Made by a program: the position numbers and the translations under genes. A stretch of DNA of 63,935 bases, counting the filler, from Asterionella formosa (Eukaryota): the NCBI GenBank assembly GCA_002256025.1. It is 5 parts of 5 records of this genome, joined end to end, with 100 filler letters (N's around TTAATTAATTAA, not from the genome) between each part and the next. Parts side by side here need not be neighbours in the genome. Positions count along the whole stretch, not along the records: positions 13,107 to 26,102 come from NKIB01007025.1; positions 26,203 to 39,198 come from NKIB01007031.1; 3 more parts are not named here. One strand, given 5' to 3'. Below are positions 23,633-35,630 of the stretch, piece by piece. How positions within the stretch are numbered: position 1 is the stretch's first letter; each line of letters begins with the position of its first letter. The notes under the pieces are model-generated. The model was not told the DNA's origin. It saw only the letters and a program-made list of their open reading frames with translations, and did no database searches.

Positions 23633-25356
23633 CCAGATAAAAGAAAGGCAATGCGATTGTCGAACGAGCGAAATCGGATAAAAAGTAAAATTATAGCATA
23701 TAATAGAGCATCGCCACCGCATCGACCAAATACCAAAGCCAATTGCAGTTGAAAATATCAATACACGTCACTTGGTTGAGAAATTTTTCATCAATAGTCG
23801 AATTTTTCATATTTTTTCCCATCGCATCGACCAAATCCTAGAATAGTCAAATCTCGCGCCGAAACTTTTAGCGAATAGAAATAGCACTAGAATGTTGTTA
23901 CATGTGTATCGTTATATTAATAAACCCGATTACCGGTACTACCAATTCGAAAATGATGGGACGCACTGTGTGGTTTGTGGTACCAGGTAGCATACCAGGG
24001 TACCGGTACTCATCCATATCTGCCTGATGAAATGAGCAACGATAGCGACTCATCAGATGACGACCGCTCCTACACTTCCGTACATACCAGTTAAACATGC
24101 CTATACAGGAAGAAAACGAGAAAAGGCAACCGAAGGAGAAGGAGGAGGCGGAGGATCAAAGGAAGTCGCTTAGCTACCGGTAGTCTGTACCTGTAGTTTT
24201 TTGAATAATAGTAGCACCACGTTTCCTGTAAATTCCTTATTCTTACGCAGCTAGTACTACGCCTATCTAAACTGCCCATCAAAATCTAATATGACAATGC
24301 ATTTGTATGTTGGTATTCTAGAATAGAAAAACCTTCCGCTTTTCCAATTAGCTAGAGTGATAGCCTAGCTTTCTAATCAATCATACTAGCATTGACATGT
24401 AATCTATATTATTTTTCCTTCATTTGGAATCATCTACTACATCAAAATCATCAGTGGTGGATGACAGGTGGGACAGTGGAGTACTGGAAGCACTTGAATT
24501 ATTGAGATGCAATTGGATCACACCAAATCCCTCCTTCATTTTGTTCCATTAAACAACATTGCCTTTATTGGCGTGAAACCCTTCGTTAAATGGCACAACT
24601 CTCTTGGATACATTTTTTGAATTCTTCAGCTGATTAATCAACCATCGACACAGTAAACTTTTACACAATATACCCATAGCATAACTTCACATAATGCAGA
24701 GCAAACTTGAGCATAATGTTGATCTGCACAGGCAAGGGAAGAAGATATCGATACTAGCCAGGGACATGCAGCAGTCTGCCAACAATGACACATCACAGTA
24801 CATGAGCGAGGAACAATGCTCCCTTGACAAAACTCGCACATTGCTATCGATTGTTGCTCTTGACAGCGCCAAAACCAATACGGCACTATCTCCCCCTCCA
24901 AACAACAGGTCCAGCAACTTGTACAGTGGAAGATGCCATGCATCAGATTGCGCAGAAATACTCCAGCTTGGGGTCCTCAGACCTCGTCTAAACCCCTTTG
25001 GGGACCTCGACTTCCGTCTTCTTTGACAATGAACATTCTACAGAAAACTTGATGCACACCCATTGCGCATCAAACCTATCAGCCTCCCGCTCCTCTTCCA
25101 TGCCCAGCACAAGCAGGCCATGACAAATAACAACCCCATTGGTCGGGCCACTATGCATGGATATGGCAATTAAGGCACAATTTACCTTATGTGGCCTGGT
25201 GAATATGTGGGTCTCCCCCATGCAGATATTCACCAATGCCATCTCTTTCATTCCCAGCCAGGACATTCCCAATGCCCTGTTCAACCTACCCCACCCAATT
25301 GCCCCCCCCCCCCTAACAGCGGCCCCACCCCTGTTTTTCGTCTATGGCCCATAGGG

Positions 25357-25983
25357 CGGAAACCTAGTCTATGGACTCTGTGTATGGTGGGTAAAAAGGT
25401 GTCGGAAACCCTAGTAAACCAGCCATCACCAATGACACCATCACCCAGCATTACCACCTACACTAGGTGTCTACTTAGCCCACTGCAAAAGAGTTGTGCA
25501 GTTAACGGGAGTCCTAGGCAAAGCGGCTACAGCCACTGTAGCCTGGGATGTAGTGACGTAGCAAATATAGCAGCACTCCTCAGCACCAAACACCTCAACC
25601 TCTGGCAGTTGAAAAGAAAAAAGAATCATTTTTTCATCAAAACTGCTGACTTTGAAAGCAACCTCATAGAAATGGAAGACTGGCTCGAGCAGTACTGACG
25701 ACGAAAGCAAGCTCAGGAGCCCAAGGAAGGATAATATTGCATTAATACACCGAAACGGTCGTCCGAAAAAGCATAAACCACCTGCCCAACCGGAAACCTA
25801 GTCTACGGACTCTGTGTAGTACGGTGCTGTCTACAAATGTGTCGGAATCCCTACCGGTACACAGTAAACCCGCCATAACCATCATCACCCAGCGTTATGT
25901 ACCACCTACAGTAGGTGTCTACTTAGCCCACCGCAAAAGAGTTATGTTGTAAACCGGAGTCCTATGGAAAACGGGTACAGCCG
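25357..25983 (+). repeat. Two diverged ~180-190-bp direct repeats (25357-25536 and 25792-25983), probably TE subterminal
   Basis: Shared CGGAAACCTAGTCTA.GGACTCTGTGTA...CATCACCCAGC...TAGGTGTCTACTTAGCCCAC.GCAAAAGAGTT...GGAGTCCTA..TACAGCC. Confidence 0.75.
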
Positions 25984-26102
25984 CCAACGTAAATGTCAAA
26001 GAGGCTGTCCGATAAAACTGAAATGCAACTCATCTTTTGATATTGCATTCACATCAATCACCACACGGCTCTGCAACAATTGAGTCGATGCACACTATAC
26101 TT

Positions 26103-26202
26103 NNNNNNNNNNNNNNNNNNNNNNNNNNNNNNNNNNNNNNNNNNNNTTAATTAATTAANNNNNNNNNNNNNNNNNNNNNNNNNNNNNNNNNNNNNNNNNN
26201 NN
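26103..26202. other. Artificial contig spacer
   Basis: N44-TTAATTAATTAA-N44. Confidence 0.97.
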
Positions 26203-27319
26203 AGTAGTGCATCAGAACCATTCCATATGAAATCGGCAAGCTCTGGGTCACTCTCCATTTCTTTGCCTAACTCCGGTTTCACTGTGTATAGCCGAGTTAG
26301 GCAGGTAAACATTGGGCAAACCAATCCTGGCTGTTTTTGATTCGAAATGCCTTTCGTACTACTTGGACCGGATAGGGCGGGATGTTTGATTCTCTTTTGG
26401 GACCAGAAAAAAGCACACTAGATTGATATTCTGTTTTACAGTACCTGCAATTCACAAACTATAACCTCAAACTTACATGTTCACAGCAAAACTTCTTGTT
26501 CTTGAAAGCAAACAAAACTCACAGCCATTATGACAATTGATGGATCGGTTCAATTTTAGCTAAGCAGTAAGGAGGAACGACGTTCTGATAAGGCAGCTGA
26601 AATTGAAGATTCTTGATAACCTTGTATGGACGAGTTTTGAACGGAATTACGACCTTTGTAGTGATTGAGTTCATTGACCAATTGATAGAATCCTTTGGAA
26701 AGTGCAAAATGTTTTTCCCTCAGTTTTTCATGTACTTGTTGGTCCGTGCGATTAGAAAATTTATGATAAGGTACCATGTTGTCCATCTGCATCCGGGAGT
26801 TATTAATGGTATCATTGACAGGAGCCATTTTTCTTGTATCAACAACTGAAAAAGAAACATCATCATCGCTTTCAGTATTACGGGAGCCTTTGTACTAGTA
26901 GCTGATGGTGTCCCCATCAACGATGGGGTAGTACCCCAACTAACTCCCTGTCGCCGATTGGGTTCCTTTGGATATTTGCCTATTCGCTTTTTCTTTGTTA
27001 ACTCATTTTGGTACTTGCTTCTTTGTTCCATACCGGCAGTATTTGCCACATGTCGCTTGTTTGTTCCATGAACCTCTTTATGGTTTTTTGAAGACATTGT
27101 ACTACTAGATAAATGTTGTCGTTCTCTTCCTTAAAGTTCGATGATCTTAAAATCAGGTGTTGCTAGTTACAATGAAATGAATCATTAGCCACTACATATA
27201 ATATTTCACGCTGTCTAGATATGATACCATAAAACCAACAGTGCTATTTACATTAGCTATCATATACAAAATCAGAACTGAGTTTGAGTAATAGCATATC
27301 TTGTTTTCAATTATACAAT

Positions 27320-27503
27320 TATACGATCCTAAAACTATGATGATTTCATGTCCCGCTGCAGTAGCAATAGTCATGAACATTTGGTGCTCTGTTGCTCGCT
27401 TACTACTCCAACTAACGTTTTTCAATTTTATGATCATACAATCCTAAAACTATGATGCTTTTTTGTCCCGCTGCAGTAGCAGTAGTTATGAACATATGGT
27501 GCT
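27320..27503 (+). repeat. Two-copy tandem repeat, ~115-nt period
   Basis: ATCCTAAAACTATGATG...TGTCCCGCTGCAGTAGCA.TAGT.ATGAACAT.TGGTGCT occurs twice. Confidence 0.75.
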
Positions 27504-28107
27504 TAAGGCTAACAAGTCATTCCTTCTCATTGTTACTGTAACTGCATAGGACAATAAAACCGGCGATCAAACAACGGAATAGTCGGCGAGTTCAGAATGA
27601 CACTAACAGCACCAGGGAGAGGGAAATAGCATTCCTCGGGTAGCTGTCGAAAAAGAAATATCATTGTTAAATTTGTTAATTAAATTACGATCCGTTCAAA
27701 TCCTTTTTGAACAATGCTTTTGATTAGACTTATGATCATGTTTAAGATTTTAGATTTACGATGGAACAATTCACATGATAGCATAGAGTTAAGCTGATTT
27801 TAGGATGCGTTGTAGTAATAATTTGCATCGGGCGATCACGAGAAGTGAAAATAATATGAGAAGGTTTATGATATTGATGAGAAATGTTGTTGATCAGTTG
27901 ATATACATTGTGTGATGATAATGTTCTTATTATCATTATACTTCAAGGTTGGTAAAATATTAATAAATAATCATAGCTATAGGATAACTTGATCATAGTT
28001 TTGATCCAAAAATTATCATACATGCGAAAATCCTGTACCACTTAGCGTATGATACCCTTGATCCTACATGCATGATACTTTTTATTTGCAGACGAGGTAA
28101 GTCTCTA

Positions 28108-31100
28108 GTCGATGCCAAAACCGGAACAATGACAGCAACAAGGAATGAAGAGGCGAGCACAGGTACAACTCCTGTCGATGCGTAAACTGGAGCAACGACA
28201 ACAACAAGGAATGAAAAGGTGGGCACAGGTACAACTCCTATCGATGTGGAAACCGGAAAAACGGCTGCAAGAAAGAATGAAAAGGCAAAAGTATCAGGAA
28301 GAACTCCAAAGGCGGAAGCCTGAACAACGACTGCAACATGGGATGCAAAGAGAATCAAATATGCTAAATCAAGAACAAAAAAAGACTGCAAGAATTACAG
28401 CGAGAACAAATGAAAAGAACACATCAGGAACAGGAAAAACAGGGTCATGTGACATGAATGATGAGAAATACAATGAAATTGCGTATAGCACAACAGGAAC
28501 AGGAAAATCTAGATCATGTGACATGAACGATGAGAAATACAATGCAGTTGTGTATATTATTGAAAAGATACAGCAACCGCATTGAATTGGTTATTCACTT
28601 GTAAAAAAGTATACAGTGAGATCAAAGAAAGGTGTAGAAGACAATCTAATAAAAAGCCTCTATGTTATCAAGAGAGACAGTGTGAAAGAAGGAGATAATG
28701 TGGAGAGAAAGTTTCATCGACACAAGGAAATTTTTGATGCCATATATGATGCTCACTACAGTCTTGGTCATTTGAAATCATCTGTTACATGGAGAGAGGT
28801 TAATTGTCATGTTTACAATATCATAATACAACATGTGAATGCATTTATCAGCGTGTGTCCTGTGTGTATTCATGTGCATCCTCAAATTCCGAAATCTAAG
28901 GGAGCCCGATGTCCTATACATTCTGGTGAATTCCGTGATTGCATGCAAATTGACTTAATTGATTATCATGCCAATGAACGAGCACCTGCAATGTTTATGG
29001 TCAGGTAATGCGATAGATTATATTTGTGAAGGATCGCTTCACTGGCTTATGCTATTTAAGAGCTACTCCAAAAAAAATGCAAAGTATGTCTGCTTTGATT
29101 TAAACTCTCTCTTTGGATTGATTGGATATCCGCATATCTTTCACACAGAAAATGGTTCTGAGTTCACAGCTGAACAAGTTGTGGGTATGTTGAAAAGGTG
29201 GAATCAAACAAAACTGACAGTTACTGGTAGGCACCGAAAGCCCAGTTATCAGGCTTCAGTCGAAATCATCAACAGACTTGTGAAACGTATAATGAACAGT
29301 GTACTTGCAAGTGAAGTTCAAAAGGGAAACTCCGTCCAAACTGGACCACCAAATACCTTGGAGAAATTAATTTAATTCTGAACTGACAAAGTGGTCGGGC
29401 CAAAAATGATGTTTCTGCATATGAAACCGTTTTTGCGATTGATTTGATCCCATTATACCAGATACTAGAGACAGCATCCGCAGATGCACAACTATTCAAG
29501 GGCGCATGGATGTGGCAGCTAGCAGTAGATTCTGTGCTGTTGTGGAATCCATGTATGACTTGACTCTTAATCCCAGTGCCCCCAATGACTCTGTCTCCAT
29601 GGATTTGACATGGCCACAGATTGGCAATGTTTATGACACCACTTTCAGTGGCTGTGACTTTTCACAACGTTTTGCTGAAATTTTGGGACCTGATGTTAGC
29701 AACAGTGTTCAAGCTCAATTAACAAATGATTATGAGGAAACAAGTGACTATGATTTCAGCAGATGAAAAACCTGAGAGAAAAGAGCAGTCTTTCCACATC
29801 TACTGCCACAGTAAAGATGAATATCTGCATCACAACGAAAATCTGGTTAATCATTTGTTTCAAAAGTTACAGCTAGATTGTGGCACAGACAACTTGCTGC
29901 CCTCTTCTTCCACAGGCAACTCAGTTAAAGGCATAGACAACATGCTGCAATCTTCTGCCAATTGCAACACAGAAGAAAAGGAGACGGATAAGGATTGTAT
30001 AAGTTATGAAATCATTGCAGTTCCTCCACAAACAAGAAAACTAAAAATGACAACAACAAGAAGAAATGCCTTATCAGTTCAAGAAGCATTGGAATTAGGT
30101 GAAGGGTAAATTCATATTTGGGGAGGACAAAATTCAAAAGGTTATATCCCACACTCAATTGCATTTCATGTTGCTTTTCAGGATACCATTTAATCACAGT
30201 TTGCAATGAAGCATACTACTCTAATTGTGAGAATACCAATGCCTGGTATGAAACTGATCAAGTTTTGCAGCACTGATTGCTCACAAGAGCCACGTTGGTT
30301 CCATTCAATTTGTGCATTGTCTGTTGCCAATGGAAAAATAGAATCGCAAATGTGCAAGAAATTGAAGATCAATGTAAAAAGGGCTGTCAGTGTCTTTCAT
30401 GGCAATGATCACTTTGCAGTGATGGAGAGCAACCTTGACACCAATCTCATAATAATTCATGATGGCCTCAATCTAGGTCTTAAAAACTGGTTCCACCATT
30501 TCAACAATGTGCTGAAATGGACGAAACTAATTGGAAGGAACTCTTTGCCAACTTTCCATTCAAATGGTGAAACATAATTTGAGCTGGCTACTGATGAGGA
30601 TAGCTGGATCATTTCAAAGTCAATCATTGTACATCAAAAAGATGGGCACAATTGTGGCCCGATTGCTTGCCTTGTCCTGGGTTCGATTATTGAACCAGAC
30701 ATTGTAAACATATCAGCTATTTCTCCACATAACTATCGCCCCTTTGTTGTAACAATGTTCAAGGAAATGTTTAATCAATTCAATACTGAATTGATCTTAC
30801 CAAGTGACCTACATGATAATGTTTCAATGACACAGCAAGTGAATAATGAGCAAGTGGGGGATTTTGATGGTGAACTGATGCTAAATGAAATGGTAGCAAG
30901 AAAATTACGTCGTTGGAATGAGAACAGATATGCAAGACATGCTATGGAAAGAGCAGTTAAAAAAACTCTCATGAAATCAAAGAAAAATGCAAGACAAAAA
31001 CATGCACAAGATGTTAGAGCACAACGACAGAAGGATCAAAGCAAATACATGAAAGGCAGACATACGCAGTCAAGGCAAAAGGCAACTATTGGGTCTATAG

Positions 31101-31294
31101 TTACACTTCAAATGGACTACAGGGATCTAAGCGAACCACATGGAATTCCTGCCATTGTCTTCGCCCTATCTACAAATGAACTTGGACGAGGAATACAAGC
31201 AGTAACTGATCATGACATTATATGTTCTGGAAAAGGGAGAAATGAGAAGATATATGAATTCACTCATTCGAATACTATATCTAAGCGAATATAG
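28108..31294 (+). mobile_element. Degenerate Ginger-like DNA transposon ORF: repeat-rich N-terminus, HHCC zinc finger + rve-type DDE integrase, Ulp1 (C48) protease
   Basis: DAHYSLGH...CPVC. QIDLID, VKDRFTGLCYLRA (shifted frame), GYPHIFHTENGSEF, PSYQASVEIINR (KRBA2/SCAND3-like integrase). Ulp1-like HFAV..IHDGL..QKDGHNCGPIAC in frame 30206-31294 through one stop. No RT or LTR seen. Confidence 0.75.
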
Positions 31295-31449
31295 ACGCTA
31301 TACTGAAATTTGTTTCATAATATACTAGCAAATAATCTGTTCTACTCAAAGGACTAATAATGAGCGCACTCTGATAATAAAAAATTATTATGTCATGTGT
31401 ATTATAACACAAATCGTTGTACCCATAACCCCAAAATTTGTGTTTTTGT

Positions 31450-31489
31450 TTGACCAAATTTGGTAAACCTGGTTACCAAATTTGGTCAA
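31450..31489. repeat. Perfect 17-bp inverted repeat with 6-nt loop
   Basis: TTGACCAAATTTGGTAA-acctgg-TTACCAAATTTGGTCAA, with flanking TGTGTTT/AAACACA extending it imperfectly. Confidence 0.9.
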
Positions 31490-31706
31490 CACAAACACAT
31501 ATTTTTTACAGTTATAAATAACAGTGCATTATATAAAAAGATGTTTAGGCATGAATGACTATATAGAATTCCCGGAATATTTCATGACTTGCTTGCTCAT
31601 ACTCAAAATGGCTTGCTCTTGCCAAAATAGGTATGCATATTGCATATCTTTACATATCAATCAACCTCCTCAATACATTGATCGTCATCGCTTTTAGATT
31701 TCGACC

Positions 31707-32670
31707 ATGTCTTCATCTTCTTCTGGTCAAAGGAGAGCAGCCAGGGAGGGCTTCTATTCCTACTATCCAAGGCTGCTTGAACGTCGCCATCACCAACAAG
31801 AGCAACAACAGACTCAACCAGAAGAAGAGGAGGACGACGATGACGACGACGACGACAAGAATGAAGATGACACTGGTGCTGATGAGTTTGCCAGCGACAA
31901 TGAGGACAGTAGGATGGGTGTCCCAGGTGTTTCTGGGGTTATTCAGTCCCCATCAAGGAACAACAACTATATTTCACGTGCTCCTACTAGTTCAGTTAGA
32001 AGAACGGCAACTGCCAGGCGACCACCAACGTTTCCAAGGGCTCGCCGAAGCATGCAGAGTCGGGGTCAACAGTTCAGGATCAATGAGATTCTCTCATTGC
32101 TTGACGCCATTTCTACTCACCTGCCGATTGGGTCCCATGAATGGGAAGTTGTTGCTTCACAGCACAACAAGAATTTCCCAGACAAAGAGCATACAGGACC
32201 TTTAATTCGCCGAAAGTTTACACAGCTGCACAAAGTTAAGAAACCAACTGGGGACCCAACATGCCTTGCTGAGGTGAGATATGCCAAACAAATTTTTCGA
32301 AGAATCGAGCAATGAGCAGATGCAAGTGCTGAGATTGAATCCACTGATCTTGGAATAGAGAGAGCCCAATGAGCCCAATATTGATGAGCCAAATGTTGAT
32401 GATGATTTTATAGCAATTTCTGGGGAGAGTGAAGACAATGGTGGAGCAACATCTGACACTTATGCAAATTTCTCTGGTTCAAGATTTCCTCGATCTATGG
32501 AGTCCCCTCGATTTAGAGATAAGGCAGCGTCGAGCAATACTGGGTCTGTTGAGAAAGTTCTTTCTCTTCTTTCGACACAGTTGCTTCACAAGGCTACTCG
32601 AACTGATACTGATAACCTGCAGCAGTAACAACAACAACATCATAACATGATGAACATGATGATGGTGTCA
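31707..32670 (+). pseudogene. Myb/SANT-like DNA-binding ORF of a PIF/Harbinger-type element
   Basis: RGQQFRINEILSLLDAISTHLPIGSHEWEVVASQH...IRRKFTQLHKVKKPTGDPTC..EVRYAK. Acidic N-terminus, Q/M-rich end, in-frame TGA at 32313. Confidence 0.6.
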
Positions 32671-32710
32671 ATGAACAGCAACTTAACATGATGAACATGA
32701 TGATGGTGTC

Positions 32711-32902
32711 AATCAAAGCATGGTCAAAACCACACAAGGTAATCAGAGCATCATCATGCTTGCTGTTGAACAAAGTCCAGAATGGACTTGATAATGGATG
32801 CTGTAGTGCATGGCAACGGATTTTGCCATTTCTTCTTCTGACCTTATCAACAGTCAAACTTTCCCTGAACGATGACGTCTTATTTACTGGTGGATAGCAC
32901 AT
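32711..32902 (-). pseudogene. N-terminal remnant of a Harbinger-type (DDE_Tnp_4) transposase, convergent with the Myb ORF
   Basis: IRCHALQHPLSSPFWTLFNSKHDDALITLCGFD resembles the N-terminus of stramenopile Harbinger-like transposases. The catalytic part is missing. Confidence 0.55.
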
Positions 32903-33576
32903 AAGTAGAATCTTATTTGATCTTCAAAAGGAATTATTTGAAATATCATCTAATTCACTCTTGAGTTAATGTTTACCATTGAAACTTCACATAAGAGCTA
33001 TTGTAAGTAACCTTTTTTTGGAAAAAGTGGTATTAATTCACGTGAAGTACCAAATTATTCAGGCTGCAACATAGATGAGATATATAAATGTTGCATATCG
33101 CACGGCTTACTAGATGTACAGCATGTGGTCAGCTCACAACAGCAAAATCAAATATTAAGGTTGAGGTGCCAAGAAAACTATGGCTATCTAGGATTTAATG
33201 ATAAATATAAATATATTTTGGCAAACCCCATACAATATTCACATAAGAAGAAGTACAATCTAGAAGTTTAAACTAAAATGAGCTTTCACAATTTGAACTC
33301 ATTTGCTTGTAAAATTACCAATGCCTTAAGTAGCAAGGGGATCATCGTCCATCTTCATATATTATGTACAGAAGAATACTTTGTGTTTGTATTCTTGAGA
33401 TGTAACTTGTGCTATCCATGAAGTAGTCTTCATATGTCTGCATTTTATATGCTTTCTGATCACCACTCTCATGAAACTATTTATGTTCATGGTTATTTTC
33501 AAGCTTGCTTGCTTGCTTGCTTTGTTGCAAAGCGCTCAGAATTGCTTAATTATTTTCACTTAGCTTGGGAACATTA

Positions 33577-35630
33577 TTGCTGAAGGCAATACACGCCCGA
33601 GGTGGTCTCTTGCCTGCGAGTATACATGTGAACTCGACTGGGATGGCACTCGCAGGGTGACCTTCTTGCAGAGCCGGTATACGAGAAGGCAAGTAGCCGC
33701 CGAGAAGGGTATTGTTGAGGCAATTCCCGCTCTAGCTATCATCGCGTCATTCGCTTACCTACTGCCCACAAATTTAGCATAAATGTCATTTTTAGCCTAC
33801 TATTGCCCATCATATAAAATATATTTTGGATATTTCCTATCTTCACCTCGAAAATTGCCAAAGGTCCGATATTGCCCATCATTAAAATATATTTTGTATA
33901 TTTCATATGTTCGCATTTTGGCAAGACAACAGACGCCAATTGCCCCTCGGTTTTCCAGCCCTGGGATTGCCGAAATCGGCAAGGGGTCTACTTAAGGAAA
34001 CCATTTTATATACTATACAGATTCTAGTAATTTATATCTAGAATTCACCTCGTTTTTGTTCGTCTCCTGAAAAGTGGACTCCGGCAATTCACCTTTCACC
34101 ATGCCAATCGTCGTCCATCATGACCGGTTTGAAGCGAAATCAGTTCCGCGATGACGCCAGTAGCGATTCTTTGCCTAACGGATGCGGTTTATTGTTTGAT
34201 TGCTTGTCTTCTCGAGGTATTCATGTAGTCACATCGTCCATATTTCGTCGGACGAACGATGATATCGATACATCTGATGTTGGTGGCAAGTTTTTGCTCC
34301 GGTCATGTATGTAATGATGCTTAACGGATATTCTACCGAAACCGGCAGTCATCTAGTCTACATACGCACGTGGTACTAAAAATATCCATGCATGGTTTAA
34401 GCTATGCTTTAACGCTTACTTTGAACACGTTATAATAATATCTCTGTAGACTCAGTATTATTCTTATGAGACCTAAAATGTTAAATTAAATCGTTCACAT
34501 ATTCATTGATTTTACATACCGTAGCTACGCCCGATTTCGTCCTCACAAATATAGTTCTCACTATATCTTGCCTGCCTTTGCTCTATTCGGGCTTGCAATA
34601 GGCAACGTTCATCTTTCTTTGATCCCATCGTCTGCTGCTTGTTATGCTAGTTGAAGCGGATCGGTGAGTACAGCAGTGAAACACTGAATGTGGATTGTAG
34701 ATAGTATTTATCAGGCCGACTTTCCGATTTGATTGCTTCCGTGGTTTGTTTTGATCGCTTTCATCGTTGTTTGTCGTTCCACACTGCCGTTTTGTTTCGA
34801 TTGTATATATCTACATAAGAACCAATGCATTTATCAATGACTACTCATTGAAGATGTGGTATTGTGCCGTTGTTGATTTGTATGATCATTGAAAATTATG
34901 TCAATATGCGCTGCCAAGCAATGCTTTTCTTGTACTAACGCGCTTTGCTACATTTCTACTGCGAGTTCATATCAGAAGCTACATGAATCACTCAGCTAGA
35001 GAGAGTCAATAGTGCTGGCTGGAGCAGCGTGGCGATCATGCTTGCTCAGAATGATCAGGGTTGCCTGTTAAGTGGGCGGAGAGGAATGACTGTGGCGGAA
35101 ATACTGCCACTGGTGTCAGGCTACGACATCGATGCGCATGGTTGCAGCAACCAGACCATTGACGCTAAACAACAATGCAGGTCTACATTGGGTTGAGCTT
35201 TTTTCTTCTTCTTTTGGTCTTCGATTGTATGGTGATGGAAAGTCAATGTTGCCTGTGTAAGTACTACAATGATTCACAATGCATATGTCTCCATTGGAAC
35301 TCTTATTTTTTATTTCATTTTTAACCCAAAACAATATTTTCTATTTTTCATTTGATGCTACTTATTACATCTCATTTCATACTTTGCTTGCTCCAAACAT
35401 CATGTTCAATTTTCATTGATGTTGCATGTTACAATCATTCTTGTGTGTTTTATGCTTGTTGTACCATCTCTATGCATATTACCATTATTCTGGTTGTCAT
35501 GCTAAAATCGGCAATTTTATTGCCGAAAAATTCGATGTGCCCCATATTGCCCTTAAATAAAAATTACTTAGAGCCTAAAAATTACTTAGATGTACCCAAA
35601 TGACAAGACGATAGCTGGAGCGGGAATTGC
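33577..35630. mobile_element. Unclassified non-autonomous element, copy 1 (complete): TTGC direct repeats, asymmetric inverted repeats, terminal hairpin
   Basis: Starts and ends with TTGC. Right-end GATAGCTGGAGCGGGAATTGC (35610-35630) is the inverse of internal 33720-33740. The left ~445 nt are nearly identical to 37605-38002 while the flanks differ. Confidence 0.75.

Noticed and set aside
24638..25710. Short ORFs between the Copia element and the contig end
   Set aside because: No motifs or consistent frame; likely decayed repeat DNA.
33630..33677. Hairpin loop as a target-guiding (bridge-RNA-like) sequence; CTTCTTGCAG resembles the complement of the right flank
   Set aside because: Match is short and gapped, absent from copy 2, and no recombinase is present; chance level on current evidence.
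34120..34314. Short homologous ORFs inside the two element copies as real genes (also 38116-38403)
   Set aside because: Coding strand and frame cannot be decided; no recognisable domain; treated as decayed internal sequence.
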